A stretch of 64,000 nucleotides of DNA, taken from Balanoglossus misakiensis. Its lineage: Eukaryota; Animalia; Hemichordata. The translations under genes were made by a program, and so were the position numbers. Below the pieces are notes generated by a model, which worked only from the letters and a program-made list of their open reading frames with translations, did not search any database and had not been told where the DNA came from. Location: contig CM082579.2 of assembly GCA_040954595.2 (NCBI GenBank), positions 10,529,625-10,593,624 on the forward strand, given 5' to 3'. Positions 1 to 17,000 of this stretch are shown piece after piece. The first letter of the stretch is position 1, and every line of letters begins with the position of its first letter.

Positions 1-774
1 CTTATCAAGCAAAGATAACTGTTGTCATATTTTCATCCTTCCCTTGTAAACAGTTTACATTGACGCATTTTGCAACCTCGAAAATTGAACAGGAGACCTC
101 GCCTCTGTGCGCGACGCGTCATTGCTGCATGTAAACATCAGACGTTGCCCTCTCACCCATAGAACTGAGACAATCCAGGCCCGTAGGCCCACAGGGTCAA
201 AATGCGTGACGTGCAACTGAGTAGATAGACAATGCAGTTTATTCACGAAACTCTACGTGAATCTTTACCAGAAGGCGAAGTTACACCTTTCATTCGCTGA
301 GGGCGCTGATGCAGCGGACTATTAACTAGGGAGTCCTTTACGTAGTAATTAGAAGCCCGTATAAACCAGTCAAATCGTATAAATAACCACCCTCATGTTT
401 AGATATCTGACAGTACACTTGCAATATGTTTGACTAACCATACGGTAGACTGGGTTGACAAAAAGTGCACAGGTAAGCAATCTTCTCCCAACTATACATC
501 ACAGATAACATACATCGTACATGTATATACATTCTTTACATTGCTTTATTTCAATTCTTACTATGAAGGGGCATGGCTGCAAAATTTTGTAATTTCAAAG
601 CTGAAAATGAAGATTTTGTTCAATTGAGAGATGACTTTCATGGAACTTGTAGATTTCTGAGCCTGTTTGCCATGTGTATACATGTATATACTATGGACCG
701 GAAGTTCTGTGCGCAACACAATCCCCGAGGGTGACTTTTAATTCAGTTTTAACAAAATACCGACTTGACAAGAT

Positions 775-1035
775 ATGCACGTTGACCTTGAAGCCAAAGT
801 GAAAGAAGTAATAGAAACAAAACTGGGTCTGTCTGGTACGTTTATTATTGAACGCGCTCAACGACTTTATGGAACGGTCAAAGGCTGTAGACCCATCATC
901 GCCACGTTTTCGCTTTTCAAAGACAAAGAACAAGTGGTGCGTATCGCATTCAAACTGAAAGACACAGGTGTCAGCAGCGACGAAGACTTCGTGCCACGTA
1001 CTCGTCTTATCCGGAACAATCTGATAACTTCATAA
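775..1035 (+). mobile_element. Non-LTR retrotransposon ORF1-like fragment (L1TD1/ORF1p RRM-CTD type), degenerate
   Basis: Translation IERAQRL..RPIIATFSLFKDKEQVVRIAFKLKDTGVSSDEDF..TRLIRNNL matches the IERAHR..RPIVxKF..KDKExV..LKGT..EDF..RxxRxxL pattern of LINE ORF1 C-termini. It is truncated and lies just upstream of RT remnants. Confidence 0.7.
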
Positions 1036-1079
1036 GTGGCTGCTCTATGGGTTTAATTGAAATTTTCTACCTTTTCTTT

Positions 1080-2100
1080 GTCGATGATTTAGTTTTGATT
1101 GCGGAAAACAAAGATAAAACTCCCGAGACTTTTTAATCAGTTGGGTAAATTATTGTGATAAGTACAAATTGACTGAATTTAGACAAGACAAATATTATGG
1201 TTTTCAGAAAAGGGGGTAGATTAAGACACTACGAAAAATGGAGTTACAAAGGCAAGCCTATTGAAGTTGTCCCTTATTTTAAATATTTGGGTATAGTACT
1301 ATCAAGCAGGGGTGTGTGGACAAAGACACAGTCAGTACTAGCAGACCAAGCTTCCAAAGCCACTTTTTTATTAACAGCTCGCCTAAAATCCCTGGGCGAT
1401 GTTCCTATTAAATGTGTCTCAAGATTTCCGATTCCAAAATATTGTCCATTCTTACATATGGAAGTGAAGTTTGGGGTTATGTTGAAGCGCCAGTCATTGA
1501 ACGTGTCCATATTAAATTTTGTAAATCCAAAATTTAATATGAACACGTTCAATGGCTGGCGCTCTATTTTGAGATAAATTGCGTTAAAAATTTTGCCCAT
1601 AGACAAACCATTAGTGAAAAATGCTGAGTCAGCAGTTTTCTTCTATTATCGACTAAATTCATGGCTCTGTATTTAAAAACAAGCGCGGCGACCCCTATAT
1701 TTTATTACGGATTTTCATTATACATACAAAGGAGAATCCAAAAATCCACAATTAAAAAAAATGACAATACTTTCAATTTTACTGAACGTACATCCAAATA
1801 CCCAAGCGAATAATGCAGCAACCAGAGGTGAGGTTGGGAGGTGCACCATGCGTACAATGAGACTTCATAGAATAATGAATTACTGGTTAAGAATGTTACA
1901 AATGGGCGAAAATAGATACGTTCATCATGCATATCTTGAACAGCACAGCATGGCTGAGAGAGGGATTGAATGCTGGGCAAAAGCAATTTTGTTTTACTGA
2001 GGTTTTGCGGAAGCATGGTACAGCCAGGGTGTTGGTAATGTGCCTAAGTTTATTTCTGAGTTTTAATAAACAGCGCTGTACAGATATTGATATCAGCAAA
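1080..2100 (+). mobile_element. Decayed LINE reverse-transcriptase 3' portion (frameshifted; CR1/L2/RTE-X-like, clade not resolved)
   Basis: Pieces DDLVLIAE (1083), KTNIMVFRKGGRL..WSYKGKPIEVVPYFKYLGIVLSSRG, ERVHIKFCK and NNAATRGEVGR..RIMNYWLRML are typical of RT domains 5-7 and the thumb/C-terminal region. Frameshifts are present, and an insertion interrupts it at about 1527-1797. Confidence 0.8.
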
Positions 2101-2765
2101 AGTTGAAGGTTTGCGGTTGTGAATGCGGATCAGACTATGTGTGGTAAAGTTCACTGGGTTTGACTCCGATGAAAAATTCTAGTCATAACACCGCGTGTTC
2201 TGTCCTAAAAACTTGGGATGAGACAAACACGCGTCATCTTCCACACCTTTGTATTTGTTTGTACAGTTTACTGCGTATTTTGAAACCAGAATAGTTCAAA
2301 AAATGGACCTTGTACGTTTGCGTTCGTCTGTAGAGTCGCTTCATTCATGAAAACACTCGGTGCTGCCCTTTCACCCATAAAGAGGGACAGTTGGCTCGTA
2401 TGAGGTCAAACTACGATAATCCGGCCGTGGATGACCGAAATCTGTATTTTCACACAAGACAGGCGTGAATCCTCAATTAGGAATTACAGTAGCGCTATTC
2501 ATATGTGTATGTGTCACGTCTTCGGACATTGTGAATCCGCTGGCTGTTGATGTATAATGACCCTTTAATATCGGTATGCCGTCTGTTATAATTATGCATG
2601 TTTAAAGGAAATTAAAGGGTGCCCTGTAAAATCATCCAGTTATATACATGTCTACCAACATGTGACCATATGGCAATGGGGCTGGGCAGACAATGATCGC
2701 GCACAATCGTGTCTTCTTCACCTTTCACTATACCACCGCCACCAGCACTATCACCGTCACCATTA

Positions 2766-2766
<1 letters not shown>

Positions 2767-2821
<55 letters not shown>
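2767..2821 (+). repeat. (CAA)n microsatellite
   Basis: About 18 perfect CAA units; the polyQ ORF over it is spurious. Confidence 0.97.
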
Positions 2822-3634
2822 TTCGTTTGATTATGTAAAATCGCCTTTGTTTCAGACTTTTTCAAGGCATCATTTCTATATTAGGTCCTTTCTTAAGTAT
2901 TGGTATCGGGGAGAGTACCGTTGGTTATTAACAAAATGAATCATATTGGTTATGTAACCCGCAATACTGTTTTCCCCAATTTTAAGAAGTTTGAGAGATA
3001 CATTGTCAAAACAATGTGATTTGGTAGCATCTGATGATGCTAGTTGCTCCATCACAAAAATAAATGGGATTTGGGGCAGCTGAGAAGAAGGTAGATTTGG
3101 GCCCATTTGTGAATTAACCCACGTTTTCGTGATAGCCAAATCTGTTTGACCAGAAAGACTTTGGCGGTACTCGACAGCAATGCCCCATGGCTCAATGATG
3201 AGGATTTTAAAGGATAGGGAGAAGATGTGAAGGTTTTTCTATTTTCGAAAATATGTGAAATTTGGCAGCTCATTTGGGCTTTAGGATAATAAGGTACTGC
3301 CTTAACGTACTGCGGCGACGGGTCGGGTTTCATCTGTGAACGTGATCAACCAAATAAGTACGAATTCCCTGATTTAAGCAATAACCCCTGCCGCAGGCGA
3401 TATACGCGAGATTTGTCTACGGAGCGAATCGTACCCGTAGTTCAGTGGCCAGTTATATATAGAGTATTATATTATACCAGTATATTGATGGTGTAAATCA
3501 CGCTATTTTATTGGTCGAGACACGACACGTGACTGTGATATATTAGTCATATACCACAGTCATATATCATAGTCAAAGAAAATGCCTTTTTAAAATGTTT
3601 TATGCAAAGTTTCAATATACTGGCATAATATAAT

Positions 3635-3777
3635 AGCAATAAAACACCCCCAGCCATGGTATACCACGAGATTTTGACCAGTTCAACTCCATATACGCAC
3701 TCGCTATCGCTCGTGCGTATATGTCGTGAACTGGTCAAAATCTCGTGGTATACCATGGCTGGGGGTGTTTTATTGCT
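3635..3777. mobile_element. Near-perfect palindromic (foldback) element, unassigned MITE-like family
   Basis: AGCAATAAAACACCCCCAGCCATGGTATACCACGAGATTTTGACCAGTTCA is paired with its exact reverse complement, around an inner hairpin CATATACGCAC..GTGCGTATATG. Related partial copies lie at about 3374-3415 and 41295-41385. Confidence 0.85.
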
Positions 3778-4128
3778 TAATTTTAGCATCGTCGGGTCCT
3801 CGTCCAGTGGCCGATGGTAGCATTATAAAATATAATGTTATATGACTATAAATAAGTGACAGCACACACTTCCCATGGTTTCACAGAGACTTCACGCGTG
3901 TCAGTGTGAACTCATTCTTCATGGCATTGCACGGAGTGGGTGCCGATAGTTCGAGAAGTAACACTACTTATTAATGTGTGGGTATTTGGTATTTTAGAAC
4001 TGAGTGGTAAAGATGGGCATTGTGCCCTACAGAAAGATTTGTTAAACGAAGAACTTTATTGTGAGATGGTAAAAATAATTCACTCAGATGAATTACATTA
4101 AATGTATCAATAACACTGGTATTCAGTG

Positions 4129-4521
4129 TAGTCTCGGTTACCCAGACCCCCCTGCTTCTTCCGTTGGGCACTCCAGAAAGAGGGTCTGGGAAAACCCGGT
4201 AGACAAATCTCCGGGCAAAGATGGCCGCCTCGGGACAAAAGCGATGCATGATGGTTGCAGACTCGAACATTAAAAATACATGCTGAGACGTGCTAGACCT
4301 TCTGAAACTGTTTACAAATTGAAAAGAGAAAGAGAAGTTTGGTAAATAGTTTTCTAATATCGTCATATCATAATATCGTATGTCATAAATGTTTACCATC
4401 ATGCATCGCTTTTGTCCCGAGTCGGCCATCTTTGCCCGGAGATTTGTCTATGGGGTTTCCCCAGACCCTCTTTCTGGAGTGCCCAACGGAAGAAGCAGGG
4501 GGGTCTGGGTAACCGAGACTA
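4129..4521. mobile_element. Long-TIR non-autonomous DNA transposon (TAG..CTA ends, 10-bp TSD), AcademH-like
   Basis: Inverted arms of about 128 bp (4129-4256 and 4395-4521). Flanks are GTATTCAGTG and GAATTCAGTG (1 mismatch). A shorter family member lies at 26673-26822. Confidence 0.85.
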
Positions 4522-5188
4522 GAATTCAGTGGTGGTGGTCTGGTAATCAAGCTAGACAGTGTTATATTTTATGATGTAACATAATGCATATACATTCAAA
4601 ACTCGATTCACATAAAGAATGCTACCATGCACTAGTATTTAATTGACGTTGGATGAAACCACTGTCCCTCCACACACGGTCTGGCAACTGGCTGCAGAGG
4701 CTTGCTGTATGGTCTGACGCGGGTTGCGGCTGTTGTGTCGCTTGTGATAGCGTCATGGGAGACATCTCGCAACATTTGTTGGCTGCGGTGACCTCTGCAT
4801 CTGCCGCCAGCCTATGGTGGCATTTGTAACCATATTTGAAGATGCAGTTCTCCACCCCTGATTCTCATTATAGTTGTTTAGCAAAAGAAATCAAGTAACC
4901 AGTATCGATAGATGGAATATTTCACACAAAACACATCACATTATTCTGTGACTCAATTCAGTACCGGTAAACTCACTTTTGCTGTGATATTCAGGGACTG
5001 TAGTGCTGTACCTATACTGTTACCGATGTAGTTATTCAAAACAATCCTCATTGCACTTTTGGCCTGTATCTTTCTGTTTTAATCACAGTTTAATTTATTG
5101 CACCAAATATTGGCTTCTATCTTTTGTAGGCTTTATATCGCGTCGAGGAAGGTGCAGTAATTTGCCTGTTAATGGTAGTCAAGCAACA

Positions 5189-10152
<4,964 letters not shown>

Positions 10153-11104
10153 AGCTTTTTCGCCGTTGGGGGCATTGTCGTCATTGGCGGCGGCGGTCAG
10201 TGTCATTGACCTTTTTCAATAATAGTCACTGAAATATTCCTTTTTGGAAATCATTTGTGATTGCAGAGAAAAAGAAAATGACTTTTAGGTCTCATTTTGG
10301 GTGTTAAATTTTAAGTCAGAAGTACTCAACATTTAAAGTATGTTTTAAAACAAAATTTTGACAAAATGAGGTCATGACAATTTTTGTTTCCCTTTTGAGT
10401 GTTTGTTATTGAAAATAAGATTAAAATCAGCTGTAGAAGCGCCACCACGGGACAACAATTCTCGCTACCTTAATTAGTTTTGACTCAAGAAAGAGTCAAA
10501 CCACCTCTGTGGGTGAAAAGGTCGACAACTGTATTTCATAACTTTTCTGATTCTAAAGGTTCTGTCTTCGTTTGTTGTTAGCACAGAAAAGTCGTTCAAC
10601 GTTTTTACGTTATTTTTATGCTACAGTAACATAAAATAATTTTAGGTTCTGAACTACCCTTTACCTTTGTGTTAAACATGACAGAAATAAGACATCTTGT
10701 AATTCTGTCGACCTCGTGAGATTTAATTGAAAACCTATTTAAGGTAGTTACAGTTGTTGACGTTTGACTGACGGGAAAACAACACGACTGACAGCTACAA
10801 CATTGAACAAAGTCACTGAGCATTGCTACAAATGTTCATCTGACTGACACATTAGTTATGGTGGTTGTATGATAATTAAAATGGTTAGTTTTAATGTCTT
10901 GTTTTCAAATTGGATGAAATTTCCTCGTGAGGTTAGGGTTGCATTTACAGATATTCAGACGAGTCATAAAATACTACAGGGTATATAAATAATTAGGGTA
11001 ACAAAATGTGGTTGTGGCTATGTATGGACGAGGGCTCCGTGCATGCATTGTATTGGTCGAACTGTATACTTTTGTATACTTTTGTATACTTTTGATTGGT
11101 ATTT

Positions 11105-11308
11105 GTACAGTACAGTACAGTACAGTACAGTACAGTACAGTACAGTACAGTACAGTACAGTACAGTACAGTACAGTACAGTACAGTACAGTACAGAGTGG
11201 TGCGGTGCGGTGCGGTACGGTACGGTACGGTACGGTACAGTACAGTACAGTACAGTACAGTACAGTACAGTACAGTACAGTACAGTACAGTACAGTACAG
11301 TACAGTAC
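11105..11308. repeat. (CAGTA)n pentanucleotide microsatellite with variant core
   Basis: CAGTA arrays flank a GGTGC/CGGTA core at about 11196-11237. Confidence 0.97.
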
Positions 11309-12563
11309 CCAATACGTTGGCCTTCTACCATACTGAATAAGCTGTTTCGGCTGTTGTTAGCTGCATGCTAAGTGTGTTCGCGAACTTTGATTTCATGGCG
11401 TGTGACCATTCCCTGCCACAAAGTGACGTATGACGGTGTATGGAATAGGTTATACACAAAATACGGCCGTGTACAATACGTGAGGCTACCACGCACGGGG
11501 CCCTTTTTCATACATAGCCGTACCAAACTCACTATGTATAATATTGGGCCGCATTGATAGTCAATATATTTCCTTTTCCGTATAATCTCCCGACTCGTGC
11601 AGAATACTTGTACGCGCAGCCGTCGTATGGAAATTAGAAGATTTTCCGAGATAATTGATTTGTTCATCTTTTAAAGGATTGCAGCCTATACGGAGTCAGC
11701 GTGGACTTGTCGGTTAGTTAGGCGATGTATTAACTGTATTAAACAATTTATCCGAAGACGTTTAGCGGGCCAAAACACACAATTGAACGAATGTGTTCGA
11801 AGCCGTATCCATGATCGATAGCACCAATATGTATTATGTAGTACCGTTGCTGTATCAATACGATGATCGACTTTTTTTTACTGGAAAACACTACCGAAAA
11901 CTTTCACACTCTCATTCTGGCAATAAAATTGCCCTGACGGTTTACCCAACGATTTTTTTGTGGTGGATCGGAGAAGTGAATTGCCAACGACGACAACAGT
12001 GCTTCTCCAGCTCCAGGCTTGGTCGGGTCGAACGATTTTTGTCCTCCCGAAGTTAATCACTGCATGGTGGGAATTTGGTGTTCAGAAGCCCCGCCAGTGC
12101 ATTTTGGCCCTCTATACGTAAACTTGACAAATTAACGTCAGCTGCAGTGTGAAATCTGGTTGTTTAGAATACTGTACCTTCGCTAGTTTGCCTATATGAA
12201 CGTGTCTGATCATGCAACCTCTCTATTTTGCCGGTTCAAATCACCGATACAATTACATTCCATGTAGGGCCTATATGTTAATCTGAATGTATAGTGTTCG
12301 CGACACGCCCTTGTTTGCATAAACGCCATTAAAACCGTGATGGTTAAATACAGTTATTTCATCGCGTGTCCTTTAGTCAACACCGACTCCTCTTTGGCTG
12401 AAACAATAATATTTACATGTAAATGGTAAACTCTGACAGATCAACGAGCTCGGCGTATCTCGATATAACAAGTCTCATTGTTCACAGTCTGTAATATACA
12501 ATGGATTGCTGCTTGCCTTCACTTTGAAACTCTGTTTTCCTTTACATAATGTATATGCCAGTT

Positions 12564-12941
12564 TTATCTGAAATACTTGTCATTTTCTGTGCAGACAAAC
12601 CTTCTTATATTCTCCATACAATGAAACGAGAACACCTTTAATGTAAACGAATGTATGATATTTAGCCTTCTCTGCAATTCTTCTTTTCATGGACTGAAAT
12701 AAGTTTTAAAGGGTTGTATGCGTAGGGCCTAATCATATTAGAGTTGTTTAGTTTTATTATCTGAAATACTTGTCATTTTCTGTGCAGACAAACCTTCTTA
12801 TATTCTCCATACAATGAAACGAGAACACCTTTAATGTAAACGAATGTATGATATTTAGCCTTCTCTGCAATTTTTCTTTTCTTGGACTGAAATAAGTTTT
12901 AAAGGGTTGTATGCGTAGGGCCTAATCATATTACAGTTGTT
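12564..12941. repeat. Tandem duplication, two copies of about 193 bp
   Basis: TTATCTGAAATACTTGTC...GGGCCTAATCATATTA(G/C)AGTTGTT starts at 12564 and 12757, with only a few substitutions between copies. Confidence 0.95.
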
Positions 12942-14027
12942 ATTATAACTTACATGTATATTTAGCCATGTAGAAGCTAGAGAACTGGCTCAGGAGTTTA
13001 CAGTGAACAAACTGAAACGCGTGCCTTTCAGACCACTGTTTCAATATAACTTTCTAATTAAAATGTATTCATCACTACCTATCACAACACTTCATGTGTA
13101 TTTTAACAGTAAAGCACACGGCAACGAGAGAATTTACAATACATTCTCCAACTCTAAACCTGGGACTACTATACCTGTAAGGTATATTCGTCTCAGTCTA
13201 ATAACTAAAACTCCTCTTTTGGAATAAATGCACCAGATGTTGCCGTAAAAGGGATAGTGGTTTACGACGACTTTATAATAGGACGAGGAAAAGTTGAAAG
13301 TATATTGGCGCAATCAAACATGAAAATGAATGAATGAACGAACGAACATATATTTACATATAGCTATAGGGCCTAGGCCTATGTAATAATTTTTCGTGAA
13401 TTCGACCGAATCAGTCACTTCTTGTAATGTAATTTTTGGGGGTTAGGCCTAAACCATTGTTGTAAAATAATAATAAAACATTTTATCATTAAATGAAAAT
13501 GCACATTTCACATATCTATCTTTCCTTGTGTGATATGGATATCCGTATATCACACAAGGCACAGAGTCGCATAAGGTCTCCAGTTCATATGCGATATGCT
13601 GTAGGTCGTCCTCGTGTACATATATGTATGTATATACAGGACGGCCCATAGCAAACAGAATCACACCATTATATCATTATGTATTTAGGACATCTGTAAT
13701 GTAAGTAAGTCATAAATATTACACATGCGCAGTTCAATCCCGCGCGTCACGCCACTATCACTAACAACACCCTCCCCAGTTCATATAATTTCAATCTGCA
13801 AGGCGCCGGCGGTGCGAGTATCGTAGTACAGGAAATCAGTTGCGGGTGTTTGTATCCCTTCTGATCGCGGTATATTCCTTGCGTATTTGATCTTGGTCTA
13901 GCTGGCTAACCCGCGCTTTAAATCACGCATCTGCACTGCACTGTTCATCAATGACATTGATTCTGTAAATCTACGTTGGATACTCATATATTAGTCATAC
14001 ACTCCTCGGCCGTTTCATGTGCACACA

Positions 14028-17000
14028 ATGACCGGTTGTGATGTCAAGCTGGGCATTTTCGGTGTCATCTCGTTAGGACTTGGACTCGCGCTTATCCCGG
14101 CCCTTGATGTCGTTACGCACTACCTCATTACCAAGGTAAGTTCCGTGAATGATCGGAGTTGACCTAGTTTCGGATCCAGAGTTCATGTCAGTGCTAGTGC
14201 AAGGTCACCACTTCCCGATACAAACAGTCAATATGGGGTGGCAGTCGTGGAGTGGAAGATGTGCCAACCATCCTCGTTGCCAAAACGTTGTGTCGGCCTT
14301 CGTCAGAGAAGTACACAACAAGTTAACTCAGAGAACAACTTTAATATTTCAGCAAAACTTGAAGCCTGGTCATCGCCAGGCATCATGGGGAAATACAGGC
14401 CATGCAAAGTAAACCATATGTATCACGAAATGTCCAAACACAACATTTACACATACATGTATAAGCTTTCAGGAATAGGAGCAAGAAACTGTAGTTACAA
14501 AAATACTGAAAACATAGTGAAAATTTACAGCTATTGGAGTATGAGCAATTTTAATTAGTATTCTCATTTGCATATTTGAATAATTCTTCCATTCAGGAAC
14601 TAACGCTTTCACCGACTTCATTTGTGTACGACACGTGGGCCAATGCTGGGAATAGTAGTGCACACATATATCTACAAGTATGGGTCTGGGATTTACAAAA
14701 TGAACATGAAGTACTTAATGGAGCTAAACCCTATCTTATAGAAAAGGGACCGTACAGTTATAGGTAAGATCATGTAAGAGTTTACCACATTTCAAATGTA
14801 TTGATTATTACCATTAGTGTTTTTTTATTAGTAGGTAACATGCTTATGAAACCTAAACATGTAGTTGAAAAGCTATGATAGCAATCCAACAAAGCACAGC
14901 ATTTGACAAAGTTATGTGTACAGCCTCCCTGATTCGTCAATCTACTGGTATACTAAATAACTGTGACATGTGAAACTCGAACCCTTTGGCCACCAGGTCT
15001 TTCTATACAGGTCTAACACTTGACTTCTATAGAAAACAATGGAATTGGATAAAACCATGGTTTTGAAAGTGTTAAAAATCTGTAAGTTTGAAATACAGCA
15101 TGTCACATATTTTACCTGAAATACATTGTATGACTTAAGAACTGTCTCAGGTTGTCACATGAGCTCAACAAATGAAATTAATTGGTTTAGGGGGAGGGGG
15201 CGTTTAAGGTCAATTTGTTTAGTGGACTTATTGACAAAGTGACAACAATTGTCCTTTATGATTTTGTTAAAGCAAATACTAGTACAAAAGATTGAAAGAA
15301 ACCACCCATATTCTGCCACTCACTCTGGTAGTTCCCTGTTAATTATTTGATTTGTTTGTTTTTAATACTCTGATTTTCTAACTGTGCATGTAATCAGAGG
15401 CAAACATTACTCAATATAATCTAATTGTAATTTATTTTGGATTTTTCACAATTTTGAACTTTCACTTAGAGGAGGGGGAGGGGGTCTAGATCCAAACAAA
15501 TAAACTTTGTTGAGCTTATTTAACAATCTGAGACAGTCCCTTACCTGAAATGTCTTTGTTTTCGTACATTGCTAGTTTTTTTTTTCTTTCAGGCAGTCTC
15601 AGGTGAAACACAATATCACATTCAATGATAACAAAACTGTATCTTATATACCAGTGTCTGAGTATATATTTCTACCCGAGATGTCAGTGGGGCCAGAGAC
15701 TGATACATATACTGCACTCAATGCGCCGCTTGTGGTAAGATAACAATGGAATTACCATTATTATGTCCACCAAAACTGTCACAATCACAACTATCATTAT
15801 AACCAATATCACTGCATTCTTACAACCCTCACCACCACCATCATCATCATCATTATCATCATCATCACTATTACTATATTACCACTAGTATAATTGTTCA
15901 TCAACAACCACTACGCATATCTCATTACTAATAACTGGACGACAGTATTTGTAATCATATAAATATTATGTTTTATGGAATAATTTAACAAGGATTTTTG
16001 AAGTTGTACAGAAAACAATTGAATTGATTCGTTTGAAATGTAAATCTTTACGTTTTATTAAGACAAAGGAAATGATTTACACATTATCAAGTGATTGTGG
16101 TATCTCTCTGTTCCATAACCTGTAGTCAATCCTGTCACATTCTTTTGCAGATAATTGCAAATTTCTTACGTACTATGCCGTCATTAGTTCAGGAATTTGG
16201 TGACATCATTGCCGAACTGACCAAGGACACAGACCCTTTCATAACCTTAAGTATCCGTGATATTATCTGGGGATACAATGATCCGATATTTCAACTGATA
16301 TACGAGCTGACGGGAACAGCACTAGTGCCAGGACCTCAATTTGGAATCATGACAGACGTAAGAAACCAAATGCATATTTTTCGTGGAAAACATTTTTGGG
16401 GAGTGGGAGTAAATCATGCAAGTTAAAAAGAGCCTTATTGTATTAGGGTTTGTAGATACACTCCTGGAAACCCGTTGACTTGTAAACAACAACTTGAATC
16501 TCCTGGAAAATTCAAAATTTCTCCTGGAAACTCCTGGAATTTGAAATTGCTCTTGGTGTATGAACCATGTGTACACTCACTGTTCCAGAACTGCCCTTGT
16601 GTGCACGTTAACGCATTGTGTAGTTTTTTTATAACGTACTGCAATTTTATGTAACAGCAAATCTAGGTTAAACATGTGTTCTTATTGGGTTTGCGTTCTT
16701 TTAATTGATTCTTCAAATTAATTATTCACTCTCCAAGACCGGAGAAGGCGGGATTCAGACGAAGCACATTATTATAATGATTCTACTGCAATTGAAACTC
16801 CTTATAAGGATGACCTATTGTTAGTCTTGGTCCACACCAAATAGACATTGTTCACATTGTGCTTTTCGTAAAAGATGTTCAACAAGTAAACTTTTTCTTT
16901 GTTGTTTTTGGAATCATTCAGAAAAATAACACTGCTTATCAATCGTATACAGTCTTCACTGGTGAAGATGACATCACAAAATTAAACATTATAGACAGGT

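Noticed and set aside
2709-2939. PolyQ-containing 76-aa ORF
   Set aside because: It starts at a non-ATG codon, is driven by a (CAA)n repeat, and has no splice context or homology.
3971-4574. ORFs on both strands with shared peptide motifs (DPLSGVPNGRSRGVWVTET), also at 26540-26899
   Set aside because: They are by-products of the inverted-repeat element, not a protein family.
10974-11371. Overlapping ORFs with YCTVL/YSTVQ repeats (also 55656-55949)
   Set aside because: They are translations of the stop-free (CAGTA)n microsatellite, with no coding evidence.
16444-16569. CTCCTGGAA-repeat segment resembling a hAT-type MITE
   Set aside because: The ends are too decayed and no TSD was found, so it is not listed as a feature.
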